Source: Minisyncoccia bacterium
GTDB taxonomy: Bacteria > Patescibacteriota > Minisyncoccia > Phycocordibacterales > PALSA-1337
Reading direction: 5' to 3'
Assembly: GCA_044228445.1 (NCBI GenBank)
Contig: JBGAUV010000001.1
Location: forward strand, 316,495 to 371,444
DNA: 54,950 bases
Below the pieces are notes generated by a model. It made no database searches, was not told where the DNA came from, and was given only the letters and a program-made list of their open reading frames with translations. Position 1 is the stretch's first letter; every line of letters starts with the position of its first letter. A program made the position numbers and the translations under genes. Of the stretch, positions 8,564 to 16,366 are shown piece after piece.

Positions 8564-9481
8564 ATGATAAACAAAATAAATAAAACATTTGCTGTTGCCC
8601 TAGCTATAATGCTATTGGCTCCAGTATTTGCTTTCGCTGAACCTACAGTAACTGATGCGGGTAATGCCGGAACTTCAGCTCCAGCTGTTTCAGATGCAGG
8701 TAATGCAGCTGTTTCAACACCTTCAGTAACTGATCAAGGTAATGCTTCAGTAACTACAAGTTCAAATACACCCTCAGTAACTGATCAGGGTAATGCAGCT
8801 GTTTCAACAAATGCAAATACTCCTTCAGTAACAGATCAAGGAAATGCTGCTACTATTTCTTCAAGTAATACAAATACAGGAGGAAGTACAGGTGGTAGTA
8901 CAGGTGGTTCAACAGGTGGTGGATCAAGTGCAAACAATGTAGGAAGCGGTTCTGGTTTTTCTACAGGTGGTTCAATACTTGTAAGTAACCTTTCAAAATC
9001 AGGTACATGTGCATATCTAACAGACTACATTAAATTCGGAGGAAACAATTCAGTTTCTGAGGTTACAAAACTTCAAACATTCCTAAAGACTGTTGAAGGA
9101 CTAAATGTAGACATAAACGGTAAGTACGATGAAAAAACTGTAAATGCAGTTAAGGCTTTCCAAACAAAGTATGTAAACGATACTATGGTTCCTTGGGGAG
9201 TTAATACTCCATCAGGAGAAGTTTATTTCACAACAAAGAATAAAATTAATGAAATTTATTGTAAAACAAAGATTTCATTAACTGATTCTCAAAAGTCTGA
9301 AATAGCTAAGTACAAACTATCACTAGCAACAAAAACTGAATCTTCAAATACAAATTCAGATAATGCTAGCACAACAGTAGGTACAACTAATGGAAGTTCA
9401 ACTGACCAAACAGCTACAGTTTCAAACTCTTCATTCGCTTCACGTTTTTGGAACTTTATAAAGAGACTATTTGGTAGATAA
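8564..9481 (+). CDS. Secreted repeat protein with peptidoglycan-binding (PG_binding_1-like) domain
   Basis: Signal peptide, five or more P(S/A)V(T/S)D(Q/A)GNA(A)V repeats, a GGST run, then VTKLQTFLK...NGKYDEKTVNAVKAFQTKY typical of PG-binding domain 1. Confidence 0.7.
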   Translation: MINKINKTFAVALAIMLLAPVFAFAEPTVTDAGNAGTSAPAVSDAGNAAVSTPSVTDQGNASVTTSSNTPSVTDQGNAAVSTNANTPSVTDQGNAATISSSNTNTGGSTGGSTGGSTGGGSSANNVGSGSGFSTGGSILVSNLSKSGTCAYLTDYIKFGGNNSVSEVTKLQTFLKTVEGLNVDINGKYDEKTVNAVKAFQTKYVNDTMVPWGVNTPSGEVYFTTKNKINEIYCKTKISLTDSQKSEIAKYKLSLATKTESSNTNSDNASTTVGTTNGSSTDQTATVSNSSFASRFWNFIKRLFGR

Positions 9482-9501
9482 TTATTGTCTATCTCTCTTA
9501 C

Positions 9502-9527
9502 AAAAACCGCCCTTAAGGGCGGTTTTT
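9502..9527. terminator. Bidirectional intrinsic terminator
   Basis: AAAAA-CCGCCC-TTAA-GGGCGG-TTTTT between convergent genes 8564..9481 and tsaD. Confidence 0.8.
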
Positions 9528-9528
9528 G

Positions 9529-10614
9529 CTATTCATCTAGTCTCATATTTCCTTTAGCTTTTATTTCTCTATCTTTATATTGTTTATATCTAAGTGATCC
9601 TGCCAAAGCAATCATAAGAGCATTATCACCAGTTAAACCTGATACAGGAATATATAGTTCAATATTGTATTCATTAGCAATATTTATAAAAGCATTTCTA
9701 ATATTTTCATTTGCAATAACTCCTCCTCCTATTATTAAAGAATTATAACTTTCAGTATCAAGAGCCTTTTTTGTCTTTTCGATAAGGACTTCTGTAACTG
9801 AATCTTCAAATTCTCTACAAAGTTCTTGTTTAAATTCTTCACTAATATCATTTTTATCTTTAAGTAAATATAAAATTGAAGTTTTAAGTCCAGCAAAGGA
9901 GAAATCAAGATCTTTTGAATTAATCATTGGTCTAGGTAAACTAAAAGTCTTAGGTAGATTTTTTTCTCGAGCAAAATTTGCCAATTCTGATATTTTTGGT
10001 CCACCTGGATAAGATAGATTTAACATTCTAGCAACTTTATCAAAAGCTTCACCTATAGCATCATCTCTAGTTTCGCCTAGTATTTTGTATTTACCAAGTT
10101 CTATTATTTTAATAAGTTCAGTATGACCTCCACTTATAAGTAGGGAAAGGCTAGGAAATTTTATTTCCTTTAATTCAATAAAATCATCATTTGTATTGCT
10201 ATTTTTTAATAAACTAGAAACAATATGACCTTCCATATGATTTATTGGAATAATAGGAATGTTGTATTTTGCACTCAATTCTTTTGCAAAAACTATACCA
10301 GTCCACAATGCAGGTTCAAGTCCTGGACCTTCAGTAACTGCAATAAGGTCTATGTTTTCAATTTTAAACTTTGTATCGTTTATAATTTTCTCAAATAAAA
10401 TAGGTAAATTCTTTATATGTTCTCTTTTTGCCAGGGCAGGGTATACACCACCGTATTCTTTATGTATTTCAATTTGAGAATTGGTACTATGTGCTAGTAC
10501 TTTATACTTTAATTTATTATTGCCATGTTCATCTATTTGTAATAGGCAAAGTGATGTTTCATCGCAACTTGTTTCGATTCCTAGTATTGTCATTATATTG
10601 CCTATTATATGCAT
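9529..10614 (-). CDS. tsaD: tRNA N6-adenosine threonylcarbamoyltransferase TsaD (Kae1/Gcp)
   Basis: GIETSCDETS N-terminal motif, HMEGH metal site, overall Gcp/Kae1 architecture (361 aa). Confidence 0.95.
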   Translation of the reverse strand: MHIIGNIMTILGIETSCDETSLCLLQIDEHGNNKLKYKVLAHSTNSQIEIHKEYGGVYPALAKREHIKNLPILFEKIINDTKFKIENIDLIAVTEGPGLEPALWTGIVFAKELSAKYNIPIIPINHMEGHIVSSLLKNSNTNDDFIELKEIKFPSLSLLISGGHTELIKIIELGKYKILGETRDDAIGEAFDKVARMLNLSYPGGPKISELANFAREKNLPKTFSLPRPMINSKDLDFSFAGLKTSILYLLKDKNDISEEFKQELCREFEDSVTEVLIEKTKKALDTESYNSLIIGGGVIANENIRNAFINIANEYNIELYIPVSGLTGDNALMIALAGSLRYKQYKDREIKAKGNMRLDE

Positions 10615-10635
10615 ATTTTGGTATTTAAACAGGGA

Positions 10636-10664
10636 TTGACATTATGACTATTATATGATAGTAT
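10636..10664 (+). promoter_or_regulatory. Putative promoter of orphan mini-cassette F
   Basis: TTGACA 10636-10641, 17-nt spacer, TGa-TAGTAT ending at 10664. Confidence 0.4.
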
Positions 10665-10788
10665 TATCACATAAGGGTTTTTTGAAAGATTTCATTTTAT
10701 ATGAGTAAATACATGTTCGAGTGAATATGTATTATACATATGAGAGTCGCGGTAATCGACTATAAAAGACCACATAATAGGAGGTGTT

Positions 10789-10875
10789 ATGTACATCATG
10801 ATTGATGGTGACCTTACACAGGTCACTTTGACTGAGTATCGCGAGATTATCGCGGCTCGTCGGAATGGGAATTAA
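10789..10875 (+). CDS. Candidate 28-codon small ORF (MYIMIDGDLTQVTLTEYREIIAARRNGN)
   Basis: AGGAGG at 10779-10784, 4 nt before the ATG; TAA at 10873-10875; locally GC-enriched (29/60 at 10801-10860). Too short for the ORF track. Confidence 0.3.
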   Translation: MYIMIDGDLTQVTLTEYREIIAARRNGN

Positions 10876-10943
10876 TCCTGTTCTAATCTGTACACAAAGG
10901 TGTACGGCCTATAACTCTAGGTGGCAACAGAAAGAGTTAAATC

Positions 10944-10978
10944 GACCCTGAGACTTGAAAAAGTTAAAGGGTCTTTTT
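10944..10978 (+). terminator. Putative terminator of mini-cassette F
   Basis: GACCCT (10944-10949) pairs with AGGGTC (10968-10973), followed by TTTTT. Confidence 0.45.
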
Positions 10979-11004
10979 GTTTGGTTAAAATAATAAATAA
11001 CATG

Positions 11005-11077
11005 TGCGCGATACAGGACTTGAACCTGTGACCCTCCCCACGTCAAGGGGATGCTCTACCAACTGAGCTAACCGCGC
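11005..11077 (-). tRNA. tRNA-Val: tRNA-Val (anticodon GAC)
   Basis: Reverse complement folds as GCGCGGT/ATCGCGC acceptor, GCTC-AGTTGGTA-GAGC D arm, TTGACGT anticodon loop, ACAGG-TTCAAGT-CCTGT T arm. Confidence 0.95.
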
Positions 11078-11126
11078 ATATTTTAAATTTTAATTTTACT
11101 ATACTATTTGCAATAAACGTCACCAG

Positions 11127-11150
11127 CCACCAAGACAGCTAATGCGCATA
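11127..11150 (-). repeat. Degenerate copy of the tRNA-Val 5' end, 70 nt upstream of the gene
   Basis: Minus strand TATGCGCATTAGCTGTCTTGGTGG versus the real TATGCGCGGTTAGCTCAGTTGGTAG. Confidence 0.6.
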
Positions 11151-11168
11151 CTTTTAAAAATTTTAAAT

Positions 11169-11804
11169 TTAAATAAACTTTAATACCAACCCACCCATTA
11201 TAACAATACCAAGTAATAATACTATTACACCAAGAAATCTATTTATTGTAGAAAAATGTTCTTCTTTTATAAGATGTCCAAATACATTAGCTATAAAAGT
11301 TAACAGTAACCACCATAGACAAGCGCCAACAATAACTCCAAATAATATATTTATACCAAAATAATTACCGTTATTTACTAGTCTCGGACTTATTCCAGCA
11401 AATATTAAAAAGAATGCCCCGGCTGTAATAGGGTTTGTAATAACTATTGCTAAAGAAGAAAAGAAATATTCAATATATGTAATTGCAGTATCTGGTTTTT
11501 TTGATATTACTTTTTGTTTTGAAATAACCATTGATGTCCCCATAAAGATCAATATAAGACCACCAAGAACTCTTAATATGGTTTGATTATCGATTATAAA
11601 GTCAGATATAGATTTTATTCCAAATATTCCTACAGAAGCCATAAAAGCATCACCAACAACAGCACCAAGTCCTGTAATTAAACCAGCTAGTATTCTTTTT
11701 GATATGGTCCTTTGAATACAAATAAAGCCAACAGGTCCAATGGGGACAGAGGTAGAAAAACCAACAACCACACCCCACATAAAAGCAATGATATGATGAA
11801 TCAT
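11169..11804 (-). CDS. LysE/RhtB-family amino-acid exporter
   Basis: 211 aa, about six TM helices. N-terminal VPIGPVGFICIQRT... and GLGAVVGDAF motifs are typical of LysE translocators. Confidence 0.75.
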   Translation of the reverse strand: MIHHIIAFMWGVVVGFSTSVPIGPVGFICIQRTISKRILAGLITGLGAVVGDAFMASVGIFGIKSISDFIIDNQTILRVLGGLILIFMGTSMVISKQKVISKKPDTAITYIEYFFSSLAIVITNPITAGAFFLIFAGISPRLVNNGNYFGINILFGVIVGACLWWLLLTFIANVFGHLIKEEHFSTINRFLGVIVLLLGIVIMGGLVLKFI

Positions 11805-11946
11805 ACGTGGGTATAATTATAACATTTTAAATTTTTTAGGGTATTATTTTTAAGAATACTTTATGTCAATTAATTTAAGTAGTGTGTATAATACCAACAT
11901 TTATTGCCATTTTTATAAAAAATGGTAATATGAAAAAGCTCCATTT

Positions 11947-12018
11947 GGCCCTATCGTCTATCGGCTAGGACATCGCCTTTTCAAGGCGGTAAGCAGGGTT
12001 CGATTCCCTGTAGGGTCA
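11947..12018 (+). tRNA. tRNA-Glu: tRNA-Glu (anticodon TTC)
   Basis: Acceptor GGCCCTA/TAGGGTC, anticodon stem-loop TCGCC-TTTTCAA-GGCGG, T arm CAGGG-TTCGATT-CCCTG. Confidence 0.9.
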
Positions 12019-12030
12019 CCTCGATAAAAT

Positions 12031-12058
12031 AAAGACTGCCTTTAGGCAGTTTTTATTT
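12031..12058 (+). terminator. Intrinsic terminator after tRNA-Glu
   Basis: ACTGCC-TTTA-GGCAGT followed by TTTTATTTT. Confidence 0.7.
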
Positions 12059-12112
12059 TGTCGAAGGGTATCGTAAGGGAATCGAAAGACGGAGCGAGCG
12101 AAGCGAGTGAGT

Positions 12113-12166
12113 CAGGGTCGGGAACTTCGCTAGCGAAGATTCCTGACCGATTCCCTGTAGGGTCAC
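12113..12166 (+). repeat. Second copy of the tRNA-Glu T-arm/acceptor 3' end, interrupted by a palindromic hairpin (att-like scar)
   Basis: CGATTCCCTGTAGGGTCAC at 12148-12166 is identical to 12001-12019. CAGGGT at 12113-12118 matches the T-stem 5' strand. The 14-bp palindrome CTTCGCTAGCGAAG lies at 12125-12138. Confidence 0.75.
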
Positions 12167-12190
12167 AAATCTTCATGCTATAATCTACCC

Positions 12191-13111
12191 ATGGAAAATA
12201 ATCAAAAAAGTATCATTGGGCCAATAGTTATTATAATTGTTATTTTAGCACTTGGATCTGGTTTTTATTACTATTCAAAAAATCAAAAAGTTAATAAGCC
12301 TGAAGAACAAACTCCAGTTAATGTTATTACTAATAATACTTCTAATGTTATAAGGGATAATCCTCCCGTAAGTAAATTAATTAAATATACTGACACTTCT
12401 GGGTTGTTTAGTCTAATGTATCCTGAAAGATTTAATATTAATAAGTCTGAGAATTTAGTTAAATTTTACGATAAGAATAATGCATTATATATTATGATAT
12501 ATACGGATCCTGATATAATGACTAGGAGTTTTAAGCAGCTTGAATACCTAGGTTCTTTACCTAATCATTCATATTCAAAGGTGAATATTGTTCTTGGTGG
12601 TCAAAAAGGATACAGGACTCTATACAATGAAAATACAAGTACTAGTATTCAATATTTTATTCCTTTAACACAAAAGGGAAGTACGGTAGTCTTTGTTGCA
12701 TCGATAACAGCAGTAGATCAAGATTCACAAAAGGAGTGGATTAAAGATGCATCATCTGCAGTAGAGTCAATTGTATTTGATATTAATAAACTAAATACTT
12801 CTGTTCAACAAGCTCTAGATGTAAATCAAGATGCGCAATTGAGAGCCATGGTTCATAACTTACGTGCAGATTCTGAACTTTATTATGATTCACATTTGAG
12901 CTATACAGATTTGTGTAAAGCAAATGGAACTGCTTTCTCAAAAGCTTTGAATGGAGTTAAAGAAAAAGTTGGAAGTGATGCTAAATGTTACGATGGTAAG
13001 AACTATGCAGTTTCAGTTAAATTAACAACTGGTGAGTTCTATTGTGTAGATAGTACAGGATTTGCAGGAAAGACTTCAAAGCCTGCTTCAAGTAGTGTTT
13101 GCCCACAGTAA
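12191..13111 (+). CDS. Membrane-anchored hypothetical protein with a pilin-head-like C-terminal domain
   Basis: N-terminal TM helix. The C-terminal DAQLRAMVHNLRADSELYYDSHLSY...C...C...C segment resembles the globular head of CPR type IV pilins. There is no G/FTLIE prepilin signal. Confidence 0.55.
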   Translation: MENNQKSIIGPIVIIIVILALGSGFYYYSKNQKVNKPEEQTPVNVITNNTSNVIRDNPPVSKLIKYTDTSGLFSLMYPERFNINKSENLVKFYDKNNALYIMIYTDPDIMTRSFKQLEYLGSLPNHSYSKVNIVLGGQKGYRTLYNENTSTSIQYFIPLTQKGSTVVFVASITAVDQDSQKEWIKDASSAVESIVFDINKLNTSVQQALDVNQDAQLRAMVHNLRADSELYYDSHLSYTDLCKANGTAFSKALNGVKEKVGSDAKCYDGKNYAVSVKLTTGEFYCVDSTGFAGKTSKPASSSVCPQ

Positions 13112-13152
13112 TATTTGCGATAAGAATATAATCCACTCATAAAATAAAAAAC

Positions 13153-13557
13153 ATGCTAAACAACCTAAACACTTCAAAATACGCTCCTGTTATTACTAGA
13201 TACGGTATGTCCTTGGTTTTTCTATGGTTTGGTTTTACTCAAGTTATGGGTCCTGAATCTTGGACTTCACTTATTCCTGAATTCATTACAAATATAACTC
13301 ATTTAAGTGCTCTTACTTTTGTCTATTTAAATGGAGGAATAGAAATAGTTTTAGGTATATTACTTATAATTGGAATTTATACTAGAATATCAGCACTTAT
13401 ACTCGCTTTACACTTATTATTTATAACCATTGATGTTGGTTACAATGCTATTGGTATAAGAGATTTTGGGCTTACTCTAGCTACATTATCTATATTCTTT
13501 AATGGTCCTGATTTCTTATCTCTAGAGAATAAGAAAGATAGAAATAATTTAGTCTAA
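13153..13557 (+). CDS. DoxX-family membrane protein
   Basis: 134 aa, four TM helices; RYGMSLVFLWFGFTQ is a DoxX-like N-terminus. Confidence 0.65.
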   Translation: MLNNLNTSKYAPVITRYGMSLVFLWFGFTQVMGPESWTSLIPEFITNITHLSALTFVYLNGGIEIVLGILLIIGIYTRISALILALHLLFITIDVGYNAIGIRDFGLTLATLSIFFNGPDFLSLENKKDRNNLV

Positions 13558-13558
13558 A

Positions 13559-14011
13559 ATGAAAATAACACTTAGTACTCGAGGATTGTTTTATATAGTA
13601 CTAGCTTATTTATTACTAACAGGGTTTTTATTGGCATATTTATTAGCTGGTTGGATTATATTTATATTTGGACCAATCTATTTATTTTTCTCTTTTGTAT
13701 TAATCGTATTTGTAATTATTTCTAATATTATTAAAAGTAAACAAAATCAAAAGATTTTGAGTATAGATATAAATGATGTTTGGCAGGTTTTATTATTACA
13801 GCTATTTTCTATGTTATTAATTGCTGGAGATTGTGGCGATGGTGATGGAATACATTCATTAATTCAAATAATTACATCACCAAGCTCTGTTTGTAAAATG
13901 AATTATCCATATTCATATTATGTTCTATCTGAATTTGGTTTTTTCTTACTTATACTGTGTGGTTTAAGACTATTTTACGGTGTTTTTAAAACATATACAA
14001 AAAAGATTTAA
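13559..14011 (+). CDS. Hypothetical membrane protein
   Basis: 150-aa ORF with several hydrophobic helices, starting 2 nt after the DoxX stop; no recognised motif. Confidence 0.45.
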   Translation: MKITLSTRGLFYIVLAYLLLTGFLLAYLLAGWIIFIFGPIYLFFSFVLIVFVIISNIIKSKQNQKILSIDINDVWQVLLLQLFSMLLIAGDCGDGDGIHSLIQIITSPSSVCKMNYPYSYYVLSEFGFFLLILCGLRLFYGVFKTYTKKI

Positions 14012-14028
14012 TTCATTAAAACTTCATA
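14010..14028 (+). repeat. 19-bp direct repeat, left copy (AATTCATTAAAACTTCATA)
   Basis: Identical to 14642-14660; lies 44 nt upstream of the nuclease ATG. Confidence 0.9.
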
Positions 14029-14071
14029 TTTTCTTTAATAAAACTTTATCTCCATCTGATAGAGTTTTATT

Positions 14072-14602
14072 ATGAAAATTTTAAAAAACAAAAGACTATA
14101 TTTATCAATAATATTGATATGCATTTTATATATATTAATTATTTTCTATATAAAAGAAGGGAATGATATAAAACAAAATACCTTGTATAAGGTTAACTAT
14201 ATATACGATGGAGATACTATATCTATACTATATAAAAGTAGACAAAAGACCATTAGACTTTTAGGTATTGATACACCTGAGACTGTAGATCCGAGAAAAC
14301 CTATTCAATGTTTTGGTGAGCAAGCTTCTCTTAAGACAAAAGAATTATTAAATAATAGAAGTGTAAGTTTAGTTTTTAATTTAAATAGGGAACAAAAAGA
14401 TAAATACAATCGTTATCTTGGTTATGTATATAGAGATGATGGTTTGGATATTAATAAATATTTAATTGAACATGGTTATGCGAAAGAATATACGTATGGA
14501 AAGTCATATGATAGACAAAAAGAATTTAGAAAAATCGAAAAACAAGCAAAAGAAAAAAGTATCGGTCTTTGGAATACTGATAATTGTCCGCAAATGCAAT
14601 AA
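14072..14602 (+). CDS. Secreted thermonuclease (staphylococcal nuclease/SNase family)
   Basis: N-terminal membrane anchor or signal. DGDTI...IRLLGIDTPE...RYLGYVY...LIEHGYAKEY are SNase catalytic and core motifs. Confidence 0.85.
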   Translation: MKILKNKRLYLSIILICILYILIIFYIKEGNDIKQNTLYKVNYIYDGDTISILYKSRQKTIRLLGIDTPETVDPRKPIQCFGEQASLKTKELLNNRSVSLVFNLNREQKDKYNRYLGYVYRDDGLDINKYLIEHGYAKEYTYGKSYDRQKEFRKIEKQAKEKSIGLWNTDNCPQMQ

Positions 14603-14641
14603 AATTTTTGACTCTCAAAACATTTTTATTGTGTAGAAAAA

Positions 14642-14660
14642 AATTCATTAAAACTTCATA
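14642..14660 (+). repeat. 19-bp direct repeat, right copy
   Basis: Identical to 14010-14028; lies 66 nt upstream of the pilin ATG. Confidence 0.9.
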
Positions 14661-14725
14661 ACTTTTTTATTATTTCTTTATAATGTATCAATATAATTTA
14701 AATATTATTAATTAATAAAATAAAT

Positions 14726-15202
14726 ATGAAAATAAAACATAATATTAAATATAAAAAAGGTTTTACATTAATTGAAATTCTGGTGGTAATAGGTATTATT
14801 GCTGTTTTGGCTGGTGTTGTTCTTGTAGCTATAAATCCTAGTCGACAGTTTAAACTAGCTAGAGACTCTCAAAGGGTAAGTAATGTAAATGCTATATTAA
14901 ATACCATTAGTCAGAATATTGCTGAACATAAAGGTTTATTTATGTGCGGACAAAATGTCAGAGTTATACCTCTACAAGTGGCTGTGATAAGGAGTGGTAA
15001 TGCAGAAAATACATTTGATATGGCCAGTTGTGTAATACCAAGCTATATATCAAGTTTACCTTTTGATCCTAGTGCTCAAGGAGCACATTTTACTGATAGT
15101 ACTGATTATGATACTCAGTATTCAGTGGTTGCGGACAATAATGGAAGAGTGAGTGTTAGTGCTGTTGGAGAAATAACCCCTGTTATATCGGTCACGAGAT
15201 AA
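14726..15202 (+). CDS. Type IV pilin / pseudopilin (prepilin-type N-terminal cleavage-methylation domain)
   Basis: KKG/FTLIEILVVIGIIAVLAGVVLVAINP class III signal peptide, then a pilin-like head. Confidence 0.85.
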   Translation: MKIKHNIKYKKGFTLIEILVVIGIIAVLAGVVLVAINPSRQFKLARDSQRVSNVNAILNTISQNIAEHKGLFMCGQNVRVIPLQVAVIRSGNAENTFDMASCVIPSYISSLPFDPSAQGAHFTDSTDYDTQYSVVADNNGRVSVSAVGEITPVISVTR

Positions 15203-15226
15203 AACTATATGTGTTAAAATGTATTC

Positions 15227-16264
15227 ATGTTTGAAAATGAAGTATATAATGAAAATCCTAAAACAAAAAAAGGAATTAAAGTTCTAATCTTCATATCACT
15301 AATTATAATTACGATTGCTATTAGCTATAAAAAAAGAGATTATGTTTTTACATTTCTAGATACTTTGAGAGGTAATGATGTTTTTACTAGTATTGATTAC
15401 AATGATGTAAAAGAAAAATATCCAACCGAAATAGATAAACAAGCTTTGGATTACCATACAATATATGTTGAAGATATTCGCGCTGAAGCAAAGAAAATTA
15501 AAAAAAATAAATATGATATAACAGCGGAAAGTTATTTGCTTGGTAATGTTGAGACTGGAGAAATATATTTGGAAAATAAAAAGGACAAGGTATTTCCAAT
15601 TGCTTCTTTAACCAAGTTAATACTAGCTCTTGTTGCAGTTCATAATATGGATATGGATCAAGATATAGTGATCAATAAAGATATGTTAAAGCCTTATGGA
15701 AATGCAGGAGGATTAATTGAAGGTGAAAAATACAAAGTAAGAGAATTATTATTTCCATTATTATTAGAATCTAGCAATGATGCCGCTGAAGCAATAGCTT
15801 TATCATATAAAAATGGCTATGAGGGTTTTATTTATCAAATGAATTCTTTTGTTTCAGAACTAGGAATGACGAATACATCATTTAAAGATGCTTCTGGTCT
15901 AAGTTATGAAAATGTATCAAATTCAAATGATTTATTTAAACTATCTCAATATCTATATAAAAATGAAAAAAGCATATTAAATATTACAAAAAACAGTAAT
16001 TATACTTTAGCTAGTACAACTGACCATGGTCTACATGTATATAAAGCAATTGATCCTTTTGTACTAGATCCAAATTTCTTGGGTGGAAAAACAGGTAGAA
16101 CAATAGAAGCAAAAGAAAGTATGATATCATTGTTCAACTATTCAGATATTCCAAAAGTCATAAAACCAATAGCAGTAATAGTTCTCAGATCAAACTTTAG
16201 CTCAAGGGAAATAGATACAAGTATACTATTTCAGAAATTCATGCAAAAAAATGGCTCCATTTAG
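15227..16264 (+). CDS. D-alanyl-D-alanine carboxypeptidase (S11 / PBP5-like serine peptidase)
   Basis: SxxK (ASLTK), SxN (SSND) and KTG (GGKTGRT) motifs in canonical order; N-terminal TM anchor. Confidence 0.8.
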   Translation: MFENEVYNENPKTKKGIKVLIFISLIIITIAISYKKRDYVFTFLDTLRGNDVFTSIDYNDVKEKYPTEIDKQALDYHTIYVEDIRAEAKKIKKNKYDITAESYLLGNVETGEIYLENKKDKVFPIASLTKLILALVAVHNMDMDQDIVINKDMLKPYGNAGGLIEGEKYKVRELLFPLLLESSNDAAEAIALSYKNGYEGFIYQMNSFVSELGMTNTSFKDASGLSYENVSNSNDLFKLSQYLYKNEKSILNITKNSNYTLASTTDHGLHVYKAIDPFVLDPNFLGGKTGRTIEAKESMISLFNYSDIPKVIKPIAVIVLRSNFSSREIDTSILFQKFMQKNGSI

Positions 16265-16366
16265 ACATAATATAGAATACACTTTTGTGGATTTCTTATT
16301 TGTATACTAGTTTTATTGTAGTATAATTATAGCAGTCGGTTAGTATTATAATTTTTTATAAAAAAC

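Noticed and set aside
10640-10980. tmRNA, RNase P RNA or SRP RNA in the structured intergenic region
   Set aside because: I could not find the conserved P4 (AGGAAAGTCC-like) element of RNase P. There is no tRNA-like 3' end with CCA and no Ala-rich tag ORF as in tmRNA. The SRP domain IV motif is also absent. The region is kept as an unknown cassette instead.
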